Shown here piece after piece: positions 22,159-35,570 of a stretch of 64,000 nt of DNA. Made by a program: the position numbers and the translations under genes. The stretch is taken from contig NC_135656.1 in NCBI RefSeq assembly GCF_964188315.1, positions 69,564,001 through 69,628,000 on the forward strand, in the 5' to 3' direction. Numbering within the stretch: the stretch's first letter is position 1; the number at the start of each line of letters is the position of its first letter. The notes beneath the pieces were generated by a model, which saw only the letters and a program-made list of their open reading frames with translations, was not told the origin of the DNA and made no database searches. The stretch is from Podarcis muralis. Its lineage: Eukaryota.

Positions 22159-23764
22159 TGGCAGAGGTTACTAAGCCAAGCTCCTGCTGCTCTAGGAGCA
22201 TAGAGGATGCTGATGTCCGCCTGCCTGCCCAGAGGCCTCGCTTTTTCAGTGCTGAGGAGACAGCAGCTATAGTCGCCCTTTCTCTCATCCTGTGGCCTGA
22301 GCTGCTGGTCAACGCTGGTGCTGTGAAAACTGTTCCTGTCCATCCATTTAACCAAGCACTGAGTCTCAGGATTGCTCTACTCAGGTTGCGAAGCTGCAGT
22401 TTCCCCCCTTCATTAAGCTGTCTGCATTTCTTCTTCTTCTTCTGCTACAAGTTATTTTGCAGACTGACCTTGAGCCTGCCTCTCTTCAATGTAAATATCA
22501 AACCCATTGCTGGCCTGGAACTTGTTTCTTTCTGCAGTGATGCTTGGATTTCCCTTGCCTTGAACTGGCCTCAACTTGTAACAGAGGCAGACGCCAGGGC
22601 TGATGAAGAAATTATTTCTCCAGCTGAGCTTAAATTGCTCTTTGCTAAGTATCCCCAATCTTGTGTTGGAAAGCTACAGAGACTTGCTTAGTCTGACCGA
22701 TTCAAACCCTTGCTGGTTCCTTGCCCCTGGTCAGATTTTGCAGTCTGTGCCAATGACTATCTTAGAGCTCACTAGTTCTAAAATAGTTCTGCTCCAAAAT
22801 CATACTACTTGGTGCTCAATCCCTGGAAGAGTCAGGTGATTGCGTGTGTTCTGTAGCTACGTAATGCTGGAGCTGCTGATGTGATATTGAGCATCCCTCT
22901 ATTTTACCATCCACTGCCCTCTTATTCCCCGGTTGTGTGTAATGTATGGGTTTAATGGTTATAAAAGAGTGGTGGAAAAATTGAATATAGTCTTGACTCT
23001 TATTGCAATAGCTGTTGTGTACTTGTGTACATATGCAGAAGATTAGGGGTTTTTTGTATTTACTTTAAACCAAAATACTTTAAAGTTCCAAAATATCAGA
23101 GTTTGCTCTGAAGTAACTCAGAGCAAAGCTGTCCGTGTGACTGCCTCTGTTGAACAGCATTCCTGCTCAAATATGATAGGTGCATGCTATCTGTACTTTC
23201 CATAAACAACTGAAGATCTTTTTGTTTTGACATGCTTTTTCAGTTGGATGAAAATGTCTTCACTCAAGGTTTTAAAACAATGCAAAAGGAACACCTCTCC
23301 TAAGTTGTTTTTTTTTTGTACTGTTTGAAAATTTCCTTGAGATGCATATAAATACATACTAATTCCCCAAGATAGCTGCTGCACAAAAAGTATTTTATCT
23401 CTATTTATGTGGAGCAGTTCATAGCAGCTCTCAATATTAGTGTCTTCGGCATCCAAAGTAAAAAATGGTTCCTTCAAATGTAGTTCTGAATCTTCTAGGC
23501 TAGATGGCAGTAAGAAAACAAAGGGGTTTGCTCAAGCTGAAACACTATTTAAATATGCCCCCTCCGGAAAAATAGTTGGAAAAGCAGGCCTTTGGCTAAC
23601 TATTCATTGGTATAAACATTATTTGGAAGGAGAAGCCCACATCAGGGCATGATTTCTCTTTTTTGAGAAGTAGCAAGTACATCTTTCTTCCCCTACACTA
23701 CAGGGAGGATATTTACCAAACTGGTAAAATGAATGCGCTGAGCCTACGTATGGGAAATAGAAGG

Positions 23765-23912
23765 AATAAACCAAGAAGCTTGTTCTTTACTTTTGTTGCA
23801 ATGTAAGGGTCTTCTTTCTGCTTCTAGCTGCTTCTAGCTGAGCATGCATCAGACCATTTCAAGAAAAGGAGCAGATTGAAAAGGGCAGGAGAAAATTCAA
23901 GGACTTTTTAAT
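23765..23912. terminator. Likely facing poly(A) signals of TCTA (AATAAA, plus, 23765-23770) and AMT (ATTAAA, minus, 23907-23912)
   Basis: These are the first canonical-type hexamers I found downstream of each stop codon. Confidence 0.45.
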
Positions 23913-24207
23913 ATTTGGGGATAAATGCAAAAGGGGGGTGGGTGGAGTTCTGGGGATCAAGTCATTGGGATCTTTCTGCTTTTAGCAATATGCCAAGAGG
24001 CAGATGAGACTGGAGCATGTCGTCAGGTCTTGCTCAGTTGCCTGCCTCTTCAGTTGTTAATGTCCCCAACATCCCCTGAAATAGTTTCTCTCTTTTTAGG
24101 GCTGTTTTCTTTTCAGTAACCACCTTTGTGGCAGAGCCCTAATGGAATTCAGGGCCCCTTTATAGACAGGCCAGAATACAAAACTGAAAGCCTATGCCAG
24201 CAGCAGC

Positions 24208-27200
24208 CTATTTCACTGTATAGTAATTGGTGGCTACAAAGGGCATCTTGGTCACTAGAGCAGGGCAGCTCTTCTTCCTCACTTCTACAGTGAGGGCTGT
24301 GCTCAGTTTGCTGTAGTCACTCTCCACGTATCCCATGGCGATGTTCTTCTGCAGACAGGGGGAAGGGCAGCCACTGGTAACCTCACCTAGCACATGGAGG
24401 AATGGACAGAGCACTTATCAAAAGCATACAATTTCTGCATTAAATGATCAATAAAAATTGTTGCCAAAAATGCAACTTCTTCCTAATTTCTATAAGTAGG
24501 GTGGAGAGCCTAGTTTTCTACACACACCAATGGCCCTAAGAGCAATTAACACGCATGGCCCTTTAATGGTCCACTAAAGACAAGAAGAATGCAAACAAGC
24601 TATGGAGAGCATATACCGCCAGAAGGTTTGTTGCTGCTTTCTATATGCGGTTCCAATAGAACACCTATAAAAGGCTGCATTCTGCAATAATCTTCAATGA
24701 GGCTCACTTACTAGAATGTACTACTATGCCACCTGAAAGGGGCAGGGAGTTAATAGAAGCAAATCCACTATATATTTTGAAAGCTTTGTCCCCTACGCCT
24801 TTGGACACTTCTCAATACACCTTACCCAAATTTTGCATGGTGGTTTGAGAAATTAAGGAGCAGGTTTTCATCCATGTTCATATATAAATGGACACAATTT
24901 TGTAGCAAAATGGTGGGCAGCCTTTCAAAACTGCACTGGTTTTGTTTCCAAGAATTCATGAGCAACACTGGGTACAAGGCTGCTAGTTCTAAACAAAGCT
25001 GTGCACCGAACACCATTGCCTGCAGTATGACCAAGCACAGCAAGTATTACGTGCTTATTGGGGTGCTTATTATAGCAGAGGGCTGATGTGTCATCTTCCT
25101 AGACAGTACTCAGAGAAGCTTGGAGAACCTACCAATGGCCTTGCCCTCTGGGCTGAGAATGGGCATGTGCTGCCGGATGGGAGGCCCTGAAGAAGTCAGC
25201 CCCACACGTTTCCTTTTGGGCTTCTCTTTGATTTGGGCCAGTATGATTGATGCACCGGGGAAATCCATGGCAGCACGGCGGCGTTTCCCTGAGAAGCAAT
25301 TGGAAATAAGGTGTCCTGTTACGGCCAACAGAAGAAGAATTCCCCCGCCTGTGGTCCAAATTACCCTCACCACATAGTGTCCCATCACCACTGAAGGCCT
25401 AGTGCAGCTTCTCTCCCATTGCCAAAAAACCACTCTTGTTCCATGCCCAGTCTACTCTGGTCTGGGGTGCAAGAATGGGTGACTTTTTGCCTATTTGATA
25501 TTGGCCAGGAATGTCAATGGGTAAGCAAGCAGGGCAGGGAGAGAAATCCAGAATTGCAGCTGGCACCTACCAAGGGTCCATATCAGACTGGCTTCCACAG
25601 GGGTTGTGCTCTCATCAATGTCGTTCCCATACAGACACAGACCTGCCTCCAAGCGCAAACTGTCCCGGGCTGCGAGTCCTGCCAGCCACACAGTGGAGTC
25701 CTTAAGCAGCAGCTCAGCCAGCTCCACAGCTCGGCTTGCAGGCACAGAGATCTGGGTACAGATGAGCACAGTGATTTGGTCAGTGTGATTTTTGCCACCC
25801 TTCCCCCACCCACCCCCACTCCCAACTTCTGGTCACCTGGCCCAATCCTGCACTCTAGCTCAATCTGAGGCTATGTCCAGGCTTGGCTGACACCCTTCTC
25901 GCCCAAGCCAACCTGATTCAATAATCTTCTTCATCAATTCGCTGCCCTCCCAGCCTGAAATAGCTTCTCGCTTCTCAGTGCACAACATCAGTGCTCCTGC
26001 TCCTCCCACCCCTTTTTGCTTAGCTGAGCCAAGCCCTGACCATGTAAAGGTAAAGGTAAAGGACCCCTGGACAGTTAAGTCCAGTCAAAGGTGACTATGG
26101 GGTTGTGGCATACATCTCGCTTTCAGGCTGAGGGAGCCAGTGTTGGTCCACAGACAGCTTTCTGGGTCATGTGGCCAGCATGACTAAACTGCTTCTGGCA
26201 CAATGGGACACTGTGACGGAAACCAGAGCACACGGAAACACTGTTTACCTTCCCGCCACAGCGGTACCTATTTATCTACTTGCACTGGTCTGCTTTTGAA
26301 CTGCTAGGTTGGCAGGAACTGAGACAGAGCAATGGGAGCTCACCCTGTCATGAGGATTCAAACCACCAACCTTCTGATTGGCAAGCCCAAGAGGCTCAGT
26401 GGTTTAGACCACAGAACCACCCACGTCCCATTCCCTGACCGTGTACCTCTACACCATCCTCGCCTGTGTAGCCACAGCGGGTGACCCTGCAGCCTGGCAC
26501 TCCGAAGACACTCATCACTGCACTGGTCATGAAGGGCAGCTTAGCCAGGCTGTCTGACACCCCAGCCTGTAGCACTCGGGCCATGGCAGGACCTGGTAGA
26601 AAGAAGAAGGGAAATGGCTAGGAGCTTGAAGAGGTGTTAGTTCACCAGGCTCCGCCCCCCGCAAAGGAGGTTCAATAAGTCCCAGTTAAATGATGGAGGA
26701 AGGAATTGAGCATTTCAAGCTGAATGAAGTGGGCTCAGACACATAAAGGGTGTTGCCCTTGCTGATCTCAGTCAAGGCACATCATTGCCACTGCGGCAGT
26801 AGGATAAATTTACTGCCACATGATGTGGCACAAGCTTAGCCTCTAAAAAGGCTAGGGCAAACTCATGGACGAGTGATCTACCATTAACAGCCACAACAGG
26901 TAAATGTAACAGTCCACACTCCTTCCAGGACCAGCCCTGAGATGCTGCCTGAGATGAAGAACAAGGTAACACCCCACTCCCTAAAGACCTTAGGGACTGG
27001 ACAGAGATACAAGGAATCAGGTGGTCCCTGAGTCCATCCCCACATGGAATGGCAGAAGGGCTCTATCTTGTCCTGGCGTACCTCTACATCTCTGCCATTT
27101 AACCCCTTGCCGTTGCTCCTTGCCCTCACAGGATCTGCTTGCTGGGAAAGCTGCCTCACTCTGCCTAATGATAGGGCCAGTCCTCTCCCCTCTGAGTATC

Positions 27201-30200
27201 AGGTGCTGGGGACAAAGAAAAGGGCTATTGCCATCCTAACCTGTTTCTAAGTTTCCTAGAAATGCTGGGCTGGGCCACTGGTAAGAACAGGGTGTTGGAT
27301 GAGATGGACTATCAGATGTTGCAGGGCCCTTGGACTCTTATGGGTGCAGAGCAGCACAGGGGGAAGTGTGTTTGTCATATTCAAAGGCCCTATGCAAGTC
27401 AGTACCACACCAGCTAGCAAGAAGCTGGCCTTGCAATGCCCCAATGAGCCTAAAGATGGAAGAAAAGGAAAAAAAAGTGGGGTGGAAGTGGGGAAGGCTT
27501 TGGACCAGGGGTAGGCAACCTAAGGCCCAGGGGCCGGATGTGGCCCAGTCACCTTCTCAATCCAGCCCACGGACAGTCCAGAAATCAGCATGTTTTTACA
27601 TGAGTAGAATGTGTCCTTTAATTTAAAATGCATCTCTGGGGTTGTTTGTGGGGCATAGGAATTCGTTCATTTTATTTTATTTTTTCAAAATATAGTCCGG
27701 CCCACCACATGGTCTGAGGGACGGTGGACTGGCCCACGACTGAAAAAAGTTGCTGACCCCTGCTTTGGACAATGGGATTAGCTGTCCCAGGAAGATCAAC
27801 AGTAAGGCTATTGATTGGTCTGGGAGATGCTACTGTATCAAAGCAATTAAGCAGCAGTTCTGTGCATTCCCTTAAGGCAAATGCCTGCGCATTTTGTCTG
27901 CTGCTTCCCACAGTATGGGCAGTTATCACAGGTACATAATATTTACCTTGCAGAGCAAGCAAAGCGCTGTCTGACACTTCCAAGTCCACATCGCAGCCAG
28001 CTGCTTTCATTTCCTTCACCTTGTTCTGCAAGCAGAAACAGAGAGCAGCAAGGTCATGACCCACCTGGGGGCATCTTCCCCTCTTCCATCCCATTCTCTC
28101 TCTCACTGAGTCCAGCATCAGCTGCAGCAAGGGACAAAGATCAAGTTTCCCGAAGGATTGGAACTACCTAACTATCGTCTGTGTTTCTGCTGCCGCCTCC
28201 CATCTAGGAACAATTCCCTGTAGGATTGGATGATGAGAAACACATACCTTCATGAGGGCAAAATCCTTGTCCCTGCAACCTGCATTGGAGACCACGTAGA
28301 GATGCTGATCCGAGGTGCTGGTCACAATCAAGTCGTCCATGATGCCTCCTCTTTCATTTGTGAACAGAGACAGAGTGCCCTGAAAGTAAAGCGCAGTTCA
28401 GTTATTGGTTGCCAAGAGTGGCTACCGTGTAACAGAAGCCAGGCTTTGGCAGACATGCAGTAAAAATAATAAAGTCCCTCTGTATTTCCCTCTGTATAGT
28501 ACATTCCTTGTTTTGTGACAGCAATGTGGAATACAGTTGTATTAAGGTATGCAAACCCATATTGGCCAGTGTCTGTGACCTCATGAGGAACAAGCAACCA
28601 AATATAAAGAAGAACTTTCTGCCAGTAAGAGCTGTTAGACAGTGGAACAGACTCCCTGGATGTTTTTAAGCAGAGGTTGGATGGCCATCTGTCATGGATG
28701 ATTTAGCTGAGATTCCTGCATTGCAGGGGGTTGGATGAGATAACTCTTGGGGTCCCTTCCAACTCAATGATTATATGATTCTTTCCCTCATGCCTACGTA
28801 ACTGTGCGTCACTACAAACAGGGATTTCTGCAGTGATCCCTTCACTCTTCTCTTTCACAAAGCCACCACCTCTATTATTTTCAAACAAGAGCAGCTAGAC
28901 AATTTAAATGTCTTGCCATTTTGTGAACCTTTAATAATTTGGTTTTGAATGCCGAGTGTTCGACTCCTACTATTCATCCTCTTTTTTTCCCTTTCCTATT
29001 TTAAAGGGTGGTGCTATGGGTTAAACCACTGAGCCTAGGACTTTCCAATCGGAAGGTCGGTGGTTCGAATCCCCGCAATGGGTGAGCGCCTGTTGCTTGG
29101 TCCCAGCTCCTGCCCACCTAGCAGTTTGAAAGCACGAAGTGCAAGTAGATAAATAGGTACCGCTCCGGCGGGAAGGTAAACGGCGTTTCCGTGCACTGCT
29201 CTGGTTCGCCAGAAGCAGCTTAGTCATGCTGGCCACGTGACCCGGAAGCTGTACACCGGCTCCCTCGGCCAATAAAGCGAGATGAGCACTGCAACCCCAG
29301 AGTCAGCCACGACTGGACCTGATGGTCAGGGGTCCCTTTACCTTTTTACAATGGTTATAGAGCCATCCCCAGGAAGCAAGGTTCTCTCCATCTCACCCCC
29401 TCATCCATTAAATGGAAATAGTGTTTCACTGGTGCTAGATTACAGTTTGCAGGGGTAGCATGCAATGAATTACATGCATTTAAGAAACACTTCGATCTTA
29501 TAGAAAATCCCTGTAAAAGTATTACTTTTACTTAGATCTGTGTCCTGTCATTGCTCAGTGGTGCAGGGAAAGTGGCAATATTTCTTGACATCATTTCCCC
29601 CTCCCACCCATCCTATAAGGCGGCCCACTGAGCAACAGTGATTTGTCCAAGATCACCCAGTTGATGGATTTGAAGTGGGATGTTCCACATCCAAATTCAG
29701 CATGCCATCCATTGTGTTACACTTTTGTGCAACCTAATGAATGGGAATCCTGTGGTGCTGGACTCCAACTCCCGTCATCCCTGACTCTTAGCTATGCCGA
29801 CTGGGGCTGATGAGAGTTCAACAAGATCCAGAGGGCCGAAGGTTTCCCACCGAGCGTGTAACCCATTGGGCTCCAACATACCTGATTAGGCTTCAGCTCT
29901 GCTATGTCCCCAACTACTAGGCTCTCTATGAATTTAATCCGATCTCTGCCAAACACTTTAGTCTGTAAAAGAGAGAGTCACCTCACATCACCAGGGTGCT
30001 ATGCAGGACCAAGGACAGCACACTTGAACAAAACATCTGAGCCTGGTGCTCCCATGCAGCTAAACTGCTGCTTTGGTGCGGCACAGTTGGGCTTTATTAT
30101 TTTTCCATTTATTAGACACATTTCTAGATTGCCCTTCCTCCCCAGGGGACCCAAGGTGATGTATAGTAGGATATAAAGACCCAAAATATGTATTGTAAAT

Positions 30201-32661
30201 AAAACATAATCCTAACCAACATACTACAGGCCACCCCCCTATTTATGCAGGGCATTGCATTCCGGGCCATTGCATGCTTCCGTGAAATTGTGTGAAATCA
30301 GAAACCCATTGAAAAAGCCTGCAAACACCCCATTCTGCCCTTTTAGTGACGTTTCAGTGACGTCTTTATGACACTTCTGGGGCACTTCTGGGTTTGGCGC
30401 TGTGTGCATGTGTGTGATCCCACACATATTGGCCATGCCTAAAATGGGAGTTGCCTTATGAAAGGACAGATTGAGCATGGGGCATATTCCTGTGTTAAGT
30501 ATGCTTAACTCACTGATTGGTCCAAGGCCACCCATTGAACCTCATGGCTGATCAGGGGTGTGAACCTAGGTCTTCCCAGCCAAAGTCCAACATGTTTCTT
30601 ACCACACCACCCTTTGCCAGTTCACAAATCTCAGATTGTCAGCTGATACTTATAAAACTGAGTTTTATGCTATGTAGTGATGCTCTTTGGGACCAACACA
30701 GCTGCCCACATTTGTGGACTATCATTGGGGGTCTAGCTGCAGACTCTCTTGGTGTGTATGGTGGGGGGGGGGCTAGGAGGGCTGCCATGGTGAGTTCCTG
30801 CACTTCAAAACTGACCACTGCCCCACTGCTGAAGATGACCCCACAGCGGAAAGGCTGGGACTTCAATGACCTTTGGCTTCCTCCAGCATTACCTGCAGCA
30901 TATGAGACACATCAAAGAGAGAACAGTGCTGGCGGGTGTGCAGGTGGGACTCCAGGTGGCTGTGTGTATACTGCACTGGGAGGCTCCAGCCGGCAAAGGC
31001 CACCATCTTCCCGCCATGGTGCCGGTGAAAGTCATAGAGGGGCGTCTGCTTTAGGCTCTCCTGCAGAGGAAGGCAAGGCATGTTCTGACTGGCAGGTGCC
31101 AGCAACCCATCTGAGATCATCAAAAGGTCAGCAGTCTTGAGATGGGCAACCAGGACTCATTATCAGTCACACCACTGCCATTCCCAACCCTGGCCGCATC
31201 AGAAGGAAGAACATCCTGACCTTCCCCAACTTATACCTGTTCTGCTTAAATTAAGCACTGATGTGGGCAGCCCTGGGTGGCCTCAGAGGCTAGACACTGA
31301 CCTCCAGCTGTCTCGGAGAGTGGACTCATCACCTCCTAGCTGAGAGCCAGCCCCAGGGACCAAACTTTTCCTGTTGGAACAAGGGGTAGCTCTGGTCTCT
31401 AAGCTCCCTTTGACCTTTGTGATTAGTGCTTGTTTGCTTAGTGCTTTATCAGAAGTCCAATGTCAAGAGGAAAATAAAGCTGCTTGCCCTTTGTACCCAA
31501 CCCCCTCTTGCAGGTCTGCAAAGCCTTTCCTGTCTCACTTTGCCACCTGCCTAAGCTCTGGCCTGCACAGTTGGGAGACAGTCACCATGCTCTCCAAAGG
31601 AATCACATTTGCTATTTAACACCATCCCCCTTACCCTCTGCTGTTTTTCGACCATGCCTGTGGTGAGCACCTATTATGGGGCAAAAAGTTCCTGTTTCTC
31701 GCTCACCACCGGTACTGGTCAAGGGGTTCAGTAGGGGAGACTACCAACTTCCACTCCAACCCCCACATATGGAAGGTTTCTTCCTCCATTCACCCCCCCC
31801 CCATCCACCCACTTCATAACAGGAAATTCTTGGGTCACCATCAGGGAAGAACTTTGTTGGAGAAGCCACTACCACTACAGCCCAAGTGCTCAATGCTGAG
31901 AATAGCATCTTGCTGTATAAACTCTTTCTTTAGAAGCATCCGCTGTGAAATTGCCCCCTCGCCATTAGAATGCCCAGGGAACTGCGCCTGCCTCCGACTC
32001 AACCAAAAGGACGCGAGGGGTGCGCGGGCGGGCGGGCGAGGGCTCTGTCGAGACTCCTTAGCCTTTTCCGCCCCCAAGGAGATCCCTTGATTTCACCCGG
32101 TCTCCCCACAAAAACCAGGCCAAGATCAGCGCTCCCTTTCTAAAGCGGGGAGATGCTGGAAATGAAGCCTGCCTGGGGAAGGCAGCCTCCTCGGACCCCT
32201 CGCTAGTCCTGGAATCTCCGATGCGCGAGAGCTAATGCGAAAGCAATGCACTCTGCACATGCTCTGGGACTGCCCAATTCAGATATCCCCCGAACTTTAA
32301 AACAGTGACAATAAGCAGGTTGTGCGGTTGACCCGTTTCAGTCACGAGCGTTTGAAAAACAGAGCGCAACTCTTCCAACCCAAAGTCCCCCGCCTGGCCC
32401 CCTTCCCTCCGGCACCAGGGCACGGCTGCTTCCCTGGATGCCCGCAGCGAGCCAGCCGCGCTCCGCCACTTCCAACTCCGCGCAAGGCTCGCCTGTTGCC
32501 GGGCTTCGGAGCGCACACCTGCAGCCGAGTGGGAGGAGAGGCGGGTGTCCCCAGCTCACCTGCCCGGAGGCGTAGCCCCGCTTCCCGCGCGCGGCAGCTC
32601 CGGGGGACCCGCAGCCCGGAGCCGCGAGCCGAACAGCAGCTCCGACGCCGGCCCGAAGCAT
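24208..32661 (-). CDS. AMT: Aminomethyltransferase, mitochondrial (glycine cleavage T protein), 407 aa
   Basis: Exons 32560-32661, 30893-31060, 29882-29962, 28248-28379, 27947-28025, 26447-26592, 25571-25751, 25133-25288, 24208-24386; all GT-AG and in frame. Motifs [84 protein letters not shown]. Exon 1 encodes an Arg/Ala/Gly-rich transit-peptide-like segment. Confidence 0.97.
26044..26429 (+). mobile_element. Sauria SINE (full length)
   Basis: Contains GTAAAGGTAAAGGACCCCTGG..., CATGTGGCCAGCATGACT, GTTTACCTTCCCGCC, GGTACCTATTTATCTACTTGCAC and GGATTCAAACC. Ends 17 nt from the AMT exon 6 donor. Confidence 0.9.
27506..27762. mobile_element. hAT/Charlie-type MITE in AMT intron 5
   Basis: TIRs CAGGGGTAGGCAAC / GTTGCTGACCCCTG; perfect 8-bp TSD CTTTGGAC on both sides. 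Confidence 0.92.
28612..28782 (+). mobile_element. CR1 LINE 3' end
   Basis: CAGTGGAACAGACT...CAGAGGTTGGATGGCCATCTGTCA...GGTCCCTTCCAACTC..TGATT. Shorter CR1-type tails near 18470-18530, 38545-38605 and 44885-44945. Confidence 0.8.
29006..29346 (-). mobile_element. Sauria SINE (full length, reverse orientation)
   Basis: Reverse complement of the same motifs (GCAAGTAGATAAATAGGTACC, GGGAAGGTAAAC, AGGGGTCCCTTTACCTTT). Confidence 0.9.
30227..30456. mobile_element. Degenerate Tigger/pogo-like MITE
   Basis: TA|CAGGCCACCCCCCTATTTATGC ... GCCTAAAATGGGAGTTGCCT|TA; related to the element at 10591. Confidence 0.55.
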
Positions 32662-32747
32662 TTTCCCGGGCGCCCCTACGACATGGCTGGAGAGGACAGC
32701 CCCTCCTCCCCTCCCCTGGGCCCAGAGCTCAAGTCCCGGGGAGGAGC

Positions 32748-32764
32748 CTGGGAAATGTAGTCCC
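32748..32764 (-). promoter_or_regulatory. ZNF143/THAP11-type ACTACA motif in the AMT promoter
   Basis: The minus strand reads GGGACTACATTTCCCAG, a full ACTACAnnTCCCA match, about 90 bp upstream of the AMT ATG in a CpG island. Confidence 0.7.
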
Positions 32765-35570
32765 GTTCCAGCGGCAAGTGACCAGAGGACTCGCCCTCCC
32801 CAGACGAAGAGGAAAAGGAGAGACGCGCACGCCGCTTCCTTTCTGAAGCCATTCTTTTCAGTTGGAAGATTGAGGAGTATGCAAAATGGACAAGGGTCTT
32901 GAAAGGGTGCAAGGTAAGGGCTTCTCAGCAGAAAACGTAGGGATAGCGCTCTCACGCTCTCTCCCTTATTTCTTTACATGCACAGAAGATGCCCAGATCA
33001 CACAACTGGAGCAGGGAATTAGCCTTTAGTGCTGCTTAGGGTTCATTCTAGATAGTAACTCTAACCAAGTGAATCAATAGCAGACTACAATACAGAAAGG
33101 ATAGCAGTATTAGCTTAGGGAACAGTGGTGTTAACAAACATGAGTGCATGAGATGTACTGTAATTAGCTGCTTAAAAATCGAAAGGATACCATAGCCAAT
33201 TACAGGTTTTTCAGAATACTTACCGTACTTTTACTTTAAAGACAAGGGAATATAGAAAGCAAAGATAGCACTGAAAATGGTTACTAAATCAGGAAGGGCA
33301 TTTCTTCTTTCCAATTAAGCAAGCATGCATGAATCAGTTGGATTGAATAAAAAACAGACTACATAGGATCAAAGTAGCCTGGAACACCAGAAGGTGTGTT
33401 GGTATTTCCCTCCCTTATTTTGCAGGTTATCTGGGATGTTTGCTAAAACAGGGCAGGTTTTGGAAGCAATTGGCTTTTCTTTTTTTAAAAAAATTATCAA
33501 TATCCAGCTGTCATATTCAATTCAGAATTAGACAGTGGCCTTTGCTTCTATTCTCCTTTCCACTTGCCACTCCCCCTTTTGGTTGCTCGGCATCTAGCAT
33601 GGGAAAAAGAGCATTGGCCCATGTACTACTAATTTTAGATGCTATTACAGGTTCATAAATAAACTTAACAGAGGTTTGACGAGTACAATGCACCAAGCAC
33701 ATACAATCAATACAACACAACAATCTTTTATTTGTGATGCATCTGGCCTGGATAATCATCCATTGAAAAATACTTCAAATACATTAACCCTGATTTAATG
33801 CAATGGGTAAGGGTTGCAGCTCAGTAGCAAAGGACATTATTTACAAGCAGAAGCTCCCAAGTTGGGCATCTCCAAGTTAGGATAAGAAAGATCCTTGTCT
33901 GAAACCCTGAAGAGACATTGGTGCTCAGACAATACTGAGCTAGAGGTACCAATAAGGCAGCTTCCGGACATCATTTGCAAAGGTCTTTCACTGTATTCAG
34001 CAAAAGTTTATTATACTTGCAATGGGTTAGAAGATCACTGTGGCTCTTTCCAACTATAAATAAAGTAGCATACATAATTTATAATAAATAACAGAAAGGA
34101 AGTTACACAGCTATGGAAAAGAGGTTGTTCCCGAGATCTAAAGTCCAGCATTAAAAAAAAAAAAAAAAAATCAGCTACACATCCCACTGCACTAATTCAT
34201 TTTGTTCTGCAGCTTGGTCCACCAGACTATTACATATCGTGGACATTACTGCAAGAAGTGCCCCATACCACAAGAAGATACCCTTGCTAAGAAGCAACGT
34301 AGCGCTGTTCTGTTCAAAAAATATCTCTGCCTGTCAGTATGGGGACGTGTTTGAATATTCTCATTGTAACCATCATAGCAGCCCTTTGAAAGGCAGTTTA
34401 AGATGTACTATTGAGGGAAAGTGATCGTTCAAAGGCAGTCTAGTAGCTCCTTGACAGAGCAGGGATCTGAATCCAGACTTTTACCATAATCATTTTTTCA
34501 CCTCAGCTTTCAACACTCATTCTTGAGCATAGTAATTAATGGACTGGAAATGAGCATCTACAAGCATGCAAGGGTTACCTAATGAGTTGGAAAGATTAAT
34601 ATGGTAATATTTAAGAATACAAAGGTGACAGCTGGTAATTCAGGTTGCAACTCAGCTTAAATAAGGGAGCTCTCAAGGACATGGCTTTTCAGGCTTTCCA
34701 CCAGGATGCTATTTTCGCTACTTGAAATATCTATAGCAGTGGCTGTAAAAAATGACAAGGTGCTCCAGGACTCAGCTAAAAACCAACACAGCACAGTCTG
34801 GCAATGCCATTTCACTAGGGTAAACTATTTCTCTAATGTGGCCCTTACAATATTGTAGCCAAGGCTAGTGACAGGTTGTTGAGGGCTAGCTCTGTACAAT
34901 TCACAACTAAACTACTTGCATCCCTCCAGGAAAAAAGAGGTGGGGGTTAACTTTTCAGGAAGCATTTCTTATTGCCACCCACTTATTAAAAACCCTACAC
35001 AATTACATAGTGTAGGTTGCAAATGAGGTAGCCATAGCAGAGGAAGCAACGAGGGAGTTCTCATTCTCTCTGGAACGCCAACACATGAATTTGAGAATGT
35101 AAAACCTTCAGTCTTGTCAGCTTCAAGACATTTCAAGTCATTTCTCTTGCCAAAATGAAGGATTCTTCTCTCCACCCTGCCCCGCCCCCATCATAGTACC
35201 ACATTCTTGAAAGATTGCTTGATTTTGCCCCCAAAAGAAACATGCACCAAACAGCAGGGCTTCCAAGAAACAGACCAGGAGATGAAGAGCCCAAATAAGG
35301 CACCTTCAAGTTCAAGGGAACACAGCCTTCCAGGGTCCAGTGCAAAATGGAGAACAATCTCCACATAAGACCTGGCAGGAAGAACAGAGTAGAGCTGGAG
35401 AGTTCCCATAAAGGCCACCTCCATGAAGTGGAAAAGGGAAGGACTGGAACATGAAGGCAACACACTTTGTCCATCATTTCTTCCTGCCTCAAGCCAATCC
35501 AACACTGTGGGGGTGCAGCTCAGTGAGTCCAGCTCTTAGGAACTTAGTCAGCTTTGAGTCCTGGAAAAAC

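Noticed and set aside
23765-24455. TCTA/AMT antisense overlap
   Set aside because: The proximal signals (23765 plus, 23907 minus) allow both transcripts to end without overlapping; overlap would need the distal plus signals at 24439-24455.
30517-31140. 207-aa plus-strand ORF
   Set aside because: Antisense shadow of AMT exon 2 and its flanks; TTG start and no domain.
31841-32077. 78-aa minus-strand ORF in AMT intron 1
   Set aside because: No convincing splice sites or homology.
32322-32955. 174-205 aa ORFs at the AMT promoter
   Set aside because: CpG-island artefacts; only 32560-32661 is coding.
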